DNA of 63,853 nucleotides, counting the filler, from Licmophora abbreviata (lineage: Eukaryota), in assembly GCA_900291995.1 (NCBI GenBank). It is 34 parts of 34 records of this genome, joined end to end, with 100 filler letters (N's around TTAATTAATTAA, not from the genome) between each part and the next. Parts side by side here need not be neighbours in the genome. Positions count along the whole stretch, not along the records: positions 45,417 to 47,249 come from OLMU01005786.1; positions 47,350 to 48,612 come from OLMU01005787.1; positions 48,713 to 49,799 come from OLMU01005789.1; positions 49,900 to 53,071 come from OLMU01005790.1; positions 53,172 to 54,176 come from OLMU01005791.1; positions 54,277 to 56,805 come from OLMU01005792.1; positions 56,906 to 58,967 come from OLMU01005793.1; 27 more parts are not named here. One strand, written 5' to 3'. Made by a program: the position numbers and the translations under genes. Shown piece after piece: positions 47,152-59,067 of this stretch. The notes beneath the pieces are model-generated. The model was not told the origin of the DNA and searched no databases. It saw only the letters and a program-made list of their open reading frames with translations. Every line of letters starts with the position of its first letter. Positions within the stretch are counted from its first letter, which is position 1.

Positions 47152-48317
47152 ATGTGGAAGAAGAGCATTTTCTTGGTAGTGGCGCTGATCGCTCCGCGTG
47201 TGTTTGTATCGGGCGAAGCCGACGTGGTAAGCAAAATACGGAAGGACATNNNNNNNNNNNNNNNNNNNNNNNNNNNNNNNNNNNNNNNNNNNNTTAATTA
47301 ATTAANNNNNNNNNNNNNNNNNNNNNNNNNNNNNNNNNNNNNNNNNNNNCACCGTTAACAATTGACGGACAGGTCTACAGGAACAAGGCTATTTCTGAAG
47401 TTTCTTGGGAAAGCAGTGCCGGCAGCGACAAGCCTTTGACGCTCGATGAGATCTTTGCCTTTGAGAATGCCGCTGCGGAACACTTCTTGTGGCTTCTTGA
47501 ACAGCAGGAGACGAGTAAGGGACTGCTCCATGAAGAGCACGCGTTGAGTGTGACTGTAAATGTCATGAACCAAGAGGCGGAAAAAACTCAAGGTGATGCT
47601 CTTACGCTGCTTACTTCCATGGTCGAAGTCACGTATTTTGCTCACGAGGACATCCCCAGTATGGCATCGATACTGCAACAAGCATCAGCGGACGAGGAAT
47701 TTGATGGCATTAGGCACGCGGTACAAGGCATGGACCCCGACGCCACATCCTTGTCCGTGGTCTTTTCCGATCCCGACGATCCCTCCGCACAAATCGTGCA
47801 CATTCTCGACATCCCCTCGACCAATCATCGTTCTGCGGCCGACAAGGGGCTCATCGTCGCCTGCACCTTCTTGTCGTTGGCGCTCGTGGCCGGCTCGGCG
47901 GTATTGGTCTGGGCAGCCAGAGGATTCAAAAATCTATACACCATTCTCAAGCATGGCGTTCCCGCTCCCATTGTCCAGTTCCACCAGGATGTCAAGCACA
48001 CCATTACCAACAAGTTTAGCGGTAGTAAGGATGAAGACGATACGGCCAGTAGGGATTTGGAAGATTTGGGTATTTTGGGAGCCGTGCCGAGCAGTGATCA
48101 AGAAAATGCGGGTGTGGAAGTTACACCTGGTCGTGGTATGTTTGGTGAACAAGATAGCATGGGGTCTCCCTTGAGTCAAGTTACCAACTCTACCTTCAAC
48201 ACGGATGCCACACAGGCTCCTCTTGGCATTCGCTCACTGCGCAAACTCAAACGATACATGACTCCGGACAAGGATAAGAAGGCGAAATACAACGTCAAGA
48301 CTATGACATATACGTAA
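47152..48317 (+). CDS. Single-pass type I membrane protein of unknown function, split by a linker
   Basis: Signal MWKKSIFLVVALIAPRVFVSG; ectodomain; TM GLIVACTFLSLALVAGSAVLVWA; Ser/Thr-rich cytosolic tail. Confidence 0.65.
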
Positions 48318-48457
48318 GTATTCGGTAGGAACGACGTCCCGTCGTGGTCTAGAGATTTCAAGTATGGATCTGTACATTCCCTATATTGTCCGTCTTTAGA
48401 AATATTATGTAGTTCTTCTATAGGTCAAGTATAGTTGCGTGTGTCACTACAACAAGC

Positions 48458-50442
48458 TCATGTTTGACGCCCATCTGCCCATTTGGGAGCCCAGCTCGGA
48501 AAGTTCGACACTGGCTCAAAGAATTCCGACACGACCCGTACGTCTTCCACTGCAAGTAGAGACGAAAACCGAGCGACTGTAAACTTCAATCCAAATGCAA
48601 GGCGCTTCATCTNNNNNNNNNNNNNNNNNNNNNNNNNNNNNNNNNNNNNNNNNNNNTTAATTAATTAANNNNNNNNNNNNNNNNNNNNNNNNNNNNNNNN
48701 NNNNNNNNNNNNATGCTTGCACTCATTCTGACGGGAGCCGGCTGCGCTCGCAGGACCTATATCGATGGTGTCTAACGACTTGGTGGTTTCCAAAAAGTGG
48801 ATTCGCTTTCGATTGCTCTCGATTACAGGCACGAACGTCATTTCGCTTTGAAGTCGTTGCCATCGACGGGCACTCGCATTAGAGACTGCTGCACGGTTCC
48901 GGATTAGGTATCCGTTGACATGTTTGTCCATCAGGGCAGAGTCCTCAACAATAAGTCCAGGATCCTTTACAGTGTTGGAGGCCGCAGGCGACAACAATTC
49001 ATCCAGTTCGTGTCTTGACAACAACTCCTCTCTATCAGGATTCGACTTAGATAGATCACCTTTTCTCGGTACCAACCCCCGCTCAAGCGACTCAAACACA
49101 CTGTGCAGGTGCTCAGTAAGATCTTTTAGTGCTTTGGTACACGTTGGATTTCCACACCAGCGATCAGGCAAGGCGTCCTCAGGGTCAGAGACCATGCCGC
49201 GTGAAGGTGGTGCAGTCTGGTCAACCGCAACCTCGGTAAACTCTACCGAGTCAAGAGTAGGTAGAGCGAGAACGCTCGCACAATCTGAAAGTATCTCGTC
49301 TGTGTCGGTGGACAGTCTTTCGCCCTCGGCGCGTACTAGAGTCAACTCGGCCCCAACGTCACGGGGGGTGGATGACACTCCGTTCACCTCGCTTCTCGCT
49401 GCCAAAGCATCTAGATGTATTTGAGTACGCCGCAGAGGTGACAGTGTCACAGCCCGCATATTTTGCTCTTTGCTGTTTGGACACTCGCACAATGGCGACA
49501 AATCCGCGTCGTTCTGGATTGAGCTGTTCCGTCGCATCGCCAGAACTCGTTTCGAAGGCATCAAGCACGGTCCATTCGCGGACCGTTGCATGGATTCGCT
49601 CGCTCCTACTAACTTTTCCATTACACGTAACAAGGCAGAAGCGATCGCCTCACGCTGCAATGTCGACTCAGCTTCCAGATCAAACTGCGAATGTCCGTCG
49701 GCGGTCGCTTCGGTCAAGACCACAGTTAGAGAAGCCAATGGATGCACCTCATTCGAACTCTGCGTACCTGCATTCGAAGCAGTTTTATGAATCTTAAGTN
49801 NNNNNNNNNNNNNNNNNNNNNNNNNNNNNNNNNNNNNNNNNNNTTAATTAATTAANNNNNNNNNNNNNNNNNNNNNNNNNNNNNNNNNNNNNNNNNNNNA
49901 GCAGTTTTATGAATCTTAAGTTCGCAAATGTTTGGTACCGCAAGGACTATCGGCGAAGTGCCAACCCCCGAAATCTCTTCTTCGTTCTGTACGACATTGC
50001 CATCAGGATCGTCCGAAATCTGAAGGTATTCTCGATCCTCCGACAAAGACAAGAACTTGGTTACTGGCAGGCCAACATGTCTGTGAAGTACCACACGATA
50101 CCCTTTCTGTAGACGCTGTAACGCCACTTCGTCATTTTGGAAGGACTCAATCTGTGGACGATAGGCATGGGACCTTGATGACGACGCTTGCCAGTCTTCA
50201 CGCGACAGTGGGTTCAGCAAGCACGGACTGGGGCTCGCCACAGAGACCCCGTCTCGAGGCGACGCGATCCCAGGTGTCAACAACTTGAGCTCGGCGGCTG
50301 CAGGCTCCTCGTGTTGGACCGTTGGACTCAGAGGCAAGCCGAAACAGTTGGCGGACGTAGTGTCGCCTGCTGATGCTGCTTTACAAGACTGGACTGTCAA
50401 CGCGTTCGAAATCCCACAGCTCATCATCTTGAACTTCTCCAA
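48458..50442 (-). CDS. Hypothetical protein with PH-like segments, spanning three contigs (start uncertain)
   Basis: LQKGYRVVLHRHVGLPVTKFLSLSEDREYLQIS...QFDLEAESTLQREAIASALL. 22-nt end overlap joins two contigs. C-terminus MKRLAFGLKFTVARFSSLL...FFEP...* at 48458-48612. Confidence 0.6.
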
Positions 50443-51011
50443 CGACGATAGGATTCTCTCCTGTGCACCTCAGCGCTTGCGCTCGCACTGAAGAAGCGCT
50501 TGAAGTTGTTAAATGAGCGATGTATGTGGAAGAACGGCAACACATGTTGTGACCACGCGAAGCACCATCTAATAACATCACTCTTTTTACTTTTTCACGT
50601 CATCAGCTTCCCACACACACGCCTTGCGCGTATGTATCATATGTTATGTTCAGCACCCAACATATATCCACGAATCGCCGAGCGCGCGATGTATTTAGTA
50701 TTGAGTATGCTCTGTTATAACGCTCTGTTGCTGTGAATCAATAATGACAAATTGGACATATTGTACATTTCTATCTTTTCCAGTCCCACCGTAGTCACAA
50801 CTTGAAACTCAGCGAAAATCCGCGATTATGCTACGGACTATCATAGGCATCGTACTCTCTAACATAATGGGTACGCTGAGAATGTGCTGCACCATTCTTA
50901 TATCGAACAACGGCATCTACTGTACTAGCTAGCACCTCGCTCTAACCCCCATCACGGAAGGCTGCAGTCTCATCGCCGCCAAGTGGTGCATCTAGGATGG
51001 GCTATATTCTC

Positions 51012-52918
51012 TCACTTGGTCGGGAAGTGATGAAGAATACCCTTTGTCCGAGCTTTCGACTTCTTCTCTTTCAGCTTGCCCGTGTTTCGGGTGCTTTTAT
51101 TAACCGACAGTGTGATTCCAGGCGAAGGTCGCGTCGCGTTCTGTGACGAGGAGCTCCCATTCCGGGGAGCAAAAAATGACTCGACGACCGCCTTCCTTAC
51201 GACAACGGTGGACGCGGCACCTACGACTCCTTTTTGCTTGTCCAACACTGTTGAAGACTCCCTTGGAGACGATTTGGTTGAAAAGAAGGACGCGATCGAC
51301 TTTTGTGCCTTATGGGGCTGGGCCTTGCGTGTCCGTTCGACCTTTTCGTTCAAGATGAGATCCGTCGGACATACGGAATCGTCAAGAAGGAGCGAAACGC
51401 CGACGTGATCAGAAAACGACGGCGGAGTGTAGACTATTCCAGTATGCGGTGTTCCAAACTGAGTGTCCAATACTTTTTGTGGAACTTCTTGGATGCCTTC
51501 GCCGCCAAACGACACAGAGCGGAAGCGCCCTCGCGCCGTTGCGGCGTCGTACGCCGCCTCTTCCGTCAGGGGCTCGTGAGGTGATCCAGCGCAGCGCAGA
51601 TCAGTTCCTTTCTGAACATGCGGTAAGAGTTGCCTGTCAACTAGGGTAAAGTCGATGCGGGAGCCTTCGTTTGAGTATCGACGGTTGGTGTATTGATTCC
51701 AGATAGTGAATCTGAAACACGAGCGAGACGACGTTCTGTGAGCGACAAATACGTAGGACACAAAATGACTACCATCGATGAAACGACGTACCGTCCTTGC
51801 GCAGTTGGAAAGAAGTGTCGAAACGTGTCCACCATATTATCTTGCTCGATGACTGCATTCAACCATTCCCGTGGGGGGTTCACTCGCGCTACTCCTGAGT
51901 CGTTGGAGCGGGCAATCGACCGCAACGTCTCTTCGTCCCACTTGACTCCGCCAATCTTCTCCATCAATTCCGCTAGTATTCCAATTGATACGACGTCTGC
52001 TTCGCACGCCATTCGCTGCTCGTCCGTATCTGCGTCCTCGTAAGCCCATGCGTCCGTATCATAGCAGTGGTGGCAGTGACCTTCGCTTGACTCATGCTTT
52101 CCCAAGAAAATGCGTTTGTTGTCGACAGTCACTGCCAACCGAAATTTGTCAAACTTTTCTCCTGTCGTAGTGTTGGTGGTCTGTTTCGAGACCGCCTCCT
52201 TGGTCTTTAACGCAGAGGCAATTACGGGCCAAGCTCGAGCGAGATCATTCTTCCATTGTGCCAAGCAGTGTGATTCACCTCCAGATGCCTGCTTTAAGAT
52301 GTCTTGCACGTGCACCTGCTGATCCGTCCAGTACTTGTCTAGTGCTGTATGCGCAATGTTGAGATCTCCAACCAGTATGACAGGTTTCACTTTGCGCTGA
52401 GACTGCATGGCACGGCGTAGGGCATTCAAGAACTTCATCTTGTATGGCAAGGGATTTCCACCACCGGCTGGAACATATACATTGAACAAGACAAAGGCTC
52501 CGTGATCCGTCATGACGCATCGACCTTGTCCATCCAGGTCGTCTGATCCCAGCGGTGCCATGTCGGCTGCTAACACAGTTCCCTTCTTGGCATACGTTAC
52601 GACGCCATTGAAGCCTTTCTTCTCCTTGTTGACGCAACAGGACCAGAACGATTCGTATCCTTCCACAGTCGAACACCCTCTTGGTTCTGAACGAGAAGAA
52701 AGCTGCTCACGAGGAATCTTGTGCTCTTGCAAGCAGAAGACGTCGGCATTGTGTCGTTGCATAAAGTTTTTCAAAGCTGCCGACGGCGGCAGCTTTCGGC
52801 GTTTCCTGGCGGCTGCATGATTGCTGTCATTCGAAGTATCGCCGACGGGAAGATACGACTTGTGTATCCGCTCTGCCAGAGGATTCAGACCAGCGACATT
52901 CCAGCTGATGATGTGCAT
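51012..52918 (-). CDS. APE2: AP endonuclease 2-like (ExoIII family), 2 exons (intron 51712-51791)
   Basis: IISWNVAG, FCLQEHK, GFNGVVTY, LDGQGRCV, FNVYVP, VGDLNIAH, DTFR..P, spliced RFTIWNQ, GSRIDF, SDH. PIP-box QKSIASFF. Confidence 0.88.
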
Positions 52919-53171
52919 TGCTTACTCTAAGATAGAACAGAGAGCTTGCTGTGACGGCGGCAACCACAGTGTCTGAGCTGTCAAGACGCTTCACGCCGCT
53001 GCGCCGCGACGAAAAGGCGGGTGTGAAGCCCTTTTTGCGCGCGGCGTGCGGGGTACCAACACCCGATGCAANNNNNNNNNNNNNNNNNNNNNNNNNNNNN
53101 NNNNNNNNNNNNNNNTTAATTAATTAANNNNNNNNNNNNNNNNNNNNNNNNNNNNNNNNNNNNNNNNNNNN

Positions 53172-54176
53172 GAAGCGCTCTGGAGATTGGTAACAAAAAC
53201 GGCGACCTCAACAGAACAAGAAAAAATGCTAGAGGAGCCTCTTGCTGTACGAGCTGACAAGAACGCATCGTCCAAGGAACTGATCGAGAACGAGCCATGC
53301 AATGATTCTGCTGAAGCTGCCACCACGGAAATTCCATTGATGGAGGAGGCAAAACACGAGGCCACTTCGAATCAACCGGATGCGAGCTCAACCGCTCCTT
53401 TATTCAAACCGCATTCACATGACATGCGAGGTCGCTCACGGTCAAAGGTGGGTGCCCGGAAAGAACCTTGGCCAGCTTCACGCCGCCACAGACAAGAGGC
53501 CACGTCGAATCCACCGGATGCGAGCTCAACCGCTCCTTCATTCAAACCCCGTTCACATGACATGCGAGGTCGCTCACGGTCAAAGGTGGGTGTGAGGAAA
53601 GTAGCTTGGCCAGCTTCATGGCGCCACAGACAAGGTGGCCGTCGCGGAGATTCGGCTGCTGCAAGTGCGAGTTTCTCCCGTAAACGTCGGAGCGCTGAGG
53701 AAATGAGCAGCGACCTGAAAGTAGGGCAACGAGTTTGGTGCGAATTTCCAGTGAACAAACAGTGGTAAGTGCGAAAAAATGTACAAGGATTGTTCTCCAA
53801 AGTCTACACGATCTGATCCTTGCTCTTTTCTGCTTTCCAGGTACTGGTACGTGCAAGAAGGATTGTGGGGGGATATGAGTTCGGAAAAATGGTAATAACA
53901 CTGATCTTTTCTTTTTTAATTCTAGGGGAGAGTGCACGTCTATCTACTTTGCTTCCAACCAGTGTGATCTTCGATTTTCGGTAGGCTCAGTGCAGTCCTT
54001 GCTATGTCGTGCACAATCTCTTGTAGGCACTGACAAATCATACTTTATCATCTCTAGGTTGCATTTTATGAAGATGATGACACAGCAGACGACCTCGGTC
54101 GCAGCCAGCTCTGGACTGAAAAGCAATTTGAAAATAGGGGCATACCGCTCCCAGAGCTTCCAAAGAAGATAAGAAA
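53172..54176 (+). CDS. Tudor-domain-containing protein fragment (4 exons incl. 6-nt micro-exon)
   Basis: Introns 53765-53840, 53847-53925 and 53981-54057 splice to LKVGQRVWCEFPVNKQWYWGECTSIY...FSVAFYEDDDTADDL. Confidence 0.72.
53358..53633 (+). repeat. Two-copy 138-bp in-frame tandem duplication (46 aa)
   Basis: Units start 53358 and 53496: EATSN(Q/P)PDASSTAP(L/S)FKP(H/R)SHDMRGRSRSKVG..K..WPAS.RHRQ. Confidence 0.95.
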
Positions 54177-54284
54177 NNNNNNNNNNNNNNNNNNNNNNNN
54201 NNNNNNNNNNNNNNNNNNNNTTAATTAATTAANNNNNNNNNNNNNNNNNNNNNNNNNNNNNNNNNNNNNNNNNNNNCTGTACAG

Positions 54285-55922
54285 ATGTGTGCGACACTGC
54301 CAGTCGAGCAGAAGGCACTGTCGGCCCCCGGGCTTCCTTCTGGGTGGCGCTTCGTGTTTCTCGATTGTTTCGATGGTGACCTCAGGTACAAGAAGAAGGT
54401 TCCCTCGTCCGTCCCTGGACTTCGTATTCAGGTGCCTGGACTGAAAAATTCATTCCGCTCTTTTGATGCTGCAATTCCCCGTATTCGAATGCAACTCGAG
54501 GGTGATAGCCGCGACACCAATGAGATGCGCCGACAGTTCAATGAGTACATTGGCGTTGTAGCCGCCGCGTCCTACAGCTCTACGGCATCGAGAGCCCCCG
54601 CCAATGCTGCGAATGATCATAAATTGGTTGGAAAGCTTTTCTTTGAAAGGTGGATTGACGTTCAAGGCAAGGTGCAGAACATCTGTGGACGCGTCAAGAA
54701 GTGCCAGGACGCGGAGTTCACCGTTGAGTTGACTGCCTCGTCACTGGCGAATCTTCTTACATGCACTGGCTCTTCTGTTGAAAGCTGTCAGAAAGTGTCG
54801 CTTGAGCGAGCTTTAGGGGGATACCTAGCTCATGAAGAGTCTTTGAATAATAGATCTGTCGTCTCGGGCACTGAGGATCTGGGACATTCTCAGAGGTGGC
54901 TAGTTCCTGAGCGGCGAGACGAGAGATTGCAACCCTCGACAGAGAATGACATACAGTTGCCCGAGCTCCACCTCTTGTTTCGCGGATTTCACCTTGCACT
55001 AAAAGTGCGAGAATCTTCTATTCCTGGGGCTGGCCAGGGTGTGTTTCTTGGCCTCGAATCTATGATGGCGACAAGTGATGACCAGGAGAAACCGGCGCTG
55101 GTTCTTCGAGCAGGGGAACTTCTTGACCTAGGGCTATACGCCCCTTTCTCTGGGCAGGACAAGAAGAAAGCACTTGTTTTTCTCCTCAAGAATTTCATTC
55201 ACTCGATGCGCTGCGAGGCATGGTCATTTGACTGCCAGCATGAAGAATACCAGTTCGACATAACGTCAGATATCCATGGCGAAGCTCACGAGGAGGCAAG
55301 ACGTCACATTCCTGCGTACGTCAACGAGTGCGGGAACCATGAGCGTCCTACCGTGCATGCAGTGCACGATTTCGAGGGCTCCGTCCACTACATGCTTGGC
55401 TACAGAGAGAAAGACGACGGCAATCTAGTAATTCCCTGTGGTGAGGAGATCGAGATAAAAATCCACTATGGGAAGCACTACGAACCAGTCCGCGTCAGAA
55501 AGGGGTACTCGGAGTTGTCTGATGAAGAGCAAGAGGCCATAAAGCAAAACCTTCTGAATGAAGACATGCATACTGTTCACTGTGTGGACGCCTTCACGAT
55601 GTCAGACGTGGAAGATGGCGTGTCTTATTTGCTGGCTGTATTTTCGATCGAGGATCGATGCAAGTTTACAGCGATAGCGCTCCAGCGTGCCCTAATCGTC
55701 GCCATACTCCTGCAAAAACGGGCTCAGGATCTCTTCTACTCCGACGACCTTGAGTATGAAGATGGAAATACCGCGACTGACGTTCCAACAAAAGCTGCAC
55801 GACTCGTGCATCACCTTCTGGTCTTATCTCCTGACAAAGAAATGTCTCGTTTGATGGCGGAGTCTCATTTCGACAAAATGAAGGATGTTGCGGTACAGCG
55901 ATTGGAAGCTAAGCGCGTGTAA
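54285..55922 (+). CDS. Divergent SET-like domain protein with N-terminal MBD-like segment
   Basis: APGLPSGWRF...IQVPGLKNSFRSFDAA (MBD-like); VRESSIPGAGQGVF, PAYVNE, GEEIEIKIHYGKHYE (SET motifs). Confidence 0.62.
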   Translation: MCATLPVEQKALSAPGLPSGWRFVFLDCFDGDLRYKKKVPSSVPGLRIQVPGLKNSFRSFDAAIPRIRMQLEGDSRDTNEMRRQFNEYIGVVAAASYSSTASRAPANAANDHKLVGKLFFERWIDVQGKVQNICGRVKKCQDAEFTVELTASSLANLLTCTGSSVESCQKVSLERALGGYLAHEESLNNRSVVSGTEDLGHSQRWLVPERRDERLQPSTENDIQLPELHLLFRGFHLALKVRESSIPGAGQGVFLGLESMMATSDDQEKPALVLRAGELLDLGLYAPFSGQDKKKALVFLLKNFIHSMRCEAWSFDCQHEEYQFDITSDIHGEAHEEARRHIPAYVNECGNHERPTVHAVHDFEGSVHYMLGYREKDDGNLVIPCGEEIEIKIHYGKHYEPVRVRKGYSELSDEEQEAIKQNLLNEDMHTVHCVDAFTMSDVEDGVSYLLAVFSIEDRCKFTAIALQRALIVAILLQKRAQDLFYSDDLEYEDGNTATDVPTKAARLVHHLLVLSPDKEMSRLMAESHFDKMKDVAVQRLEAKRV

Positions 55923-56123
55923 ATCAACCTGGATCCTCCGGTTTCATCATTTTCGAAATCTGCATCCAACCACGATATGCCGCCTGCTCGCGTTACCTAT
56001 GAAACCCATATGACTATGATTCAGGCACTATCAGATCGTACATAGGTAGCTCGAGACTATCTCATGACGAATACTAGCTACACGACTTGTCACAAGATGC
56101 AAGGCTTCTCACTGACCGGGATT

Positions 56124-57184
56124 TCACTCTGTTTCCTCTGTCTTCTCTTGAGCGGCCGCTGCTTTCTTGGCAGCGATCGCAGCACGCTTAGCTTCAGCCT
56201 GCTTCTGCGCCTCATCCTGCTGGCTCGTATAGTAAGCATACGAGCCAGCGTAGGCGGCAGCAATGGAAAAGACCAGTCCCCCCGCAATCGCAGGCCCCGC
56301 ATCAACTTCCGTCCCGTCTGGAAGATTAGCGAGCGGAGTATCCCACAGCGTCGTGAATCCTTCGAAACGCTGCTCCCAACGACTAGCAAAAATATCTCCA
56401 ATGTTGTCGACGGGATTTGCAGGCGCGATTCCAGACAAGTCGACCCCCTAGAGTTTATCGTGAGGTATAGGAAGAAGGTCAGAGTGCAGTGAAGGGAGGG
56501 GCAGGCAACGTAAAAATCATTGACTTTGTACGGCATCGACAAAGAGTCTCACCTTGAAACCTTCGACTCGAATGAGTAGCTCATCTTCTTCTTTCCCCGT
56601 CCGGCTATCAACAGCAACATTTACAATCTCTCCGTTGAGTATGAAATTGACTTTTCCCTTGCTGATATCCTTTAAGGTTTGCGCCCAATCGCTCGGAGGC
56701 GTGATTGAAACCGTGGAGGTGATATCGCCTTCGATCTGAAATAGCTCTTTCTTGATCTCCGACCAGACTGGCGCGTTGAATTCGTCACGTAGCGTGTTCT
56801 CGATGNNNNNNNNNNNNNNNNNNNNNNNNNNNNNNNNNNNNNNNNNNNNTTAATTAATTAANNNNNNNNNNNNNNNNNNNNNNNNNNNNNNNNNNNNNNN
56901 NNNNNAGTCTCCAAGGCCTTTCCGCCCGATGTGGACGTCTGGATCGAGAATGCTCCGCTGGAGATTTCAATAGCGTTCGCAACGGGGGGCAAAAAGGTAG
57001 CTGCTGGAAGGGAGGAAGACAGGATGCTTGTCCCCAGGACGAGACTGCTTCCCAGCGCAGCAAGAGGATTGATCTTGTGGTGAAACAGAGCCGATTGGGA
57101 AGACGTCGTCTGCTTCACCCTCACGCTTGCCGGAGAGAAACCAGCGGCGCAGGAACAGGCCCCAAGCAGAAGCAAGACTTTCAT
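56124..57184 (-). CDS. Plastid-targeted (possibly thylakoid) membrane protein of unknown function, split by a linker
   Basis: MKVLLLLGACSCAAG-FSP leader, second hydrophobic stretch ending PVANA, C-terminal TM (IAGGLVFSIAAAYAGSYAYY) + Ala/Lys tail. Intron near 56459-56553. Confidence 0.65.
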
Positions 57185-57705
57185 TTTGATCGGCAGGCAG
57201 GGGTTCCAATAGCTAGGGGAGTCCAGAGGTTTCCTCAGGTACACAATACCAGTTGCGACAGTACCGTATAGAAAGAGAGACTATCGGTACCTAGGTACTA
57301 CTCTAGCTGTACGGTATGATACCCAACAACCAACTTGGACTGTGCAAACCGTGGCACGGTGGCATCCATGCATCGTCATGCCTTCATGGTTGTCTGCGTG
57401 CGTCGATCGTCAATTGTACGCTGCCACGTGGAATCCATGTTACGACGCTTTCGCGCCATCTAGAGCATCTGTTTCATGTATCATTCGGTGCTCACGGTAG
57501 AGTCACATCGATCCATTGATTGCATTGGACATGGGTTCTATCGGTTAAACAGAATAAGCTTGCTACTAAGTACAAAATGATTACGAGTTCATACTGAAAG
57601 GCGATGTTTGAGCCAATTCTCAAGTAGGAGTCAGTCCCCACGAGTGCAGGCTTCTTGTAGTAACGATACTGGTGCCTGTACCTGCCCTAAGACTCAAAGA
57701 CCGAG

Positions 57706-58967
57706 CTAAGCCAGTACTTCGGATCCAGTATCTGCGTCCAGCCGTCTTCTGACCTCTTTAACTATCGTCTGGAACTCGCCAAGATCCACGCGATAGTCTC
57801 GGTGTCTGTAGAAGTTCCTGTTCCCTTTAGTATACTGAGAGCTAGCTTCTGAATGCTGCGTGAATGACTCATTGTGGGCCACCCAATACCGATAGTCCAG
57901 GCCAAGAACTTTCGAAAGACGAGCGTATCCCCACTTCTGAAATCCCCACGGATGGGCCTCGATTACTAGAAATCAAGGAAAAGCAAAGTAGGCACGTGTA
58001 AAACACTCCGTGTGAGACGACATGAACTTTCAAACGGTGCCACAAGCATAGACCTAGCAGACCAGCGCACTCACCAGTGGTGGCATTCTGGCACACCATG
58101 ATGTTGGCGAAACCAGCTCCATGCGACCCGAAGACAACTGCTGCCGAGCGGATCTTCTTGTTGGATTCCTCAAAGGTAACGCTCGAGAATTCTATTTCCT
58201 CCACTTCGAACCCCTCCTCTTCCATGATGCCTACCAACTCCATTTCGTTGAGAATCCTACGACCGTTCTGGCTGTCCTTCCTCGATATCAGGATAGCCTT
58301 TTTGGGGTTCAATTTGATACTGGCAAGGCCCATCTTCCCAACAAATAGGTCACGGTACCCCCTCAACAGATTCGCGACATTCTCGTCGATTCTATATGAT
58401 GGTTCAGCGAGTCCTCTGCTCCTGGATGTAAAGGCATTTGCAATCAGTTTTTCTCCAAGATGATGATGTCCAATCATTAGATGACGGTAACATGCCTTCA
58501 TTGAAGGCTCATTGTCCAAAACAACAGGGGCTTCCGCGCCGGGGTGGTTCCTTGCCAGCCAGGCACTTTTCAAGTACTCGCCTTTCTCCCCCTTGAAGTA
58601 GCTCAATAGCATCCAGTGAAATGGACCAAAGTCTTTGTGTCCCCAGCCCGCTGCCTGCCATGTACCCCAGACGTCGGCATTCCACAACCAGATGGCGAGG
58701 ATATGTGTATGTTGAATACTCGTGAAATGAACCGGTGTATGCGTCCAGTACGAGCCAGCGAACGAGTGCTGCAACGCCGAGTCGCGTCCCGCATGCAGGA
58801 TTCCAAACGTTTGTTTCGAGCTCATGTACTGGGACGTCACATTGGAGAAGTGCGTTGTGTTGTCGTCTTGGTCGAACACGTACACGACTTTGTCCTCGAT
58901 GCAACAGTTATAGCAATTGCATGTCAAGCCCGCGCGGAACTCACTGTCAGGCCTGTAGCAGCTAACT
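57706..58967 (-). CDS. Glycosyltransferase family 61 (DUF563), 5' truncated (intron 57966-58074)
   Basis: LISRKD..RRILNEMEL, VVFGSHGAGFANIMVC, spliced T/VIEAHPWG...YARLSKVLGLDY. Confidence 0.85.
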
Positions 58968-59067
58968 NNNNNNNNNNNNNNNNNNNNNNNNNNNNNNNNN
59001 NNNNNNNNNNNTTAATTAATTAANNNNNNNNNNNNNNNNNNNNNNNNNNNNNNNNNNNNNNNNNNNN

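Noticed and set aside
1..58967. Polysaccharide biosynthesis cluster (dehydratase, two sulfotransferases, GT32s, GT61)
   Set aside because: Genes are dispersed among housekeeping genes on different contigs, and these families are abundant in diatom genomes.
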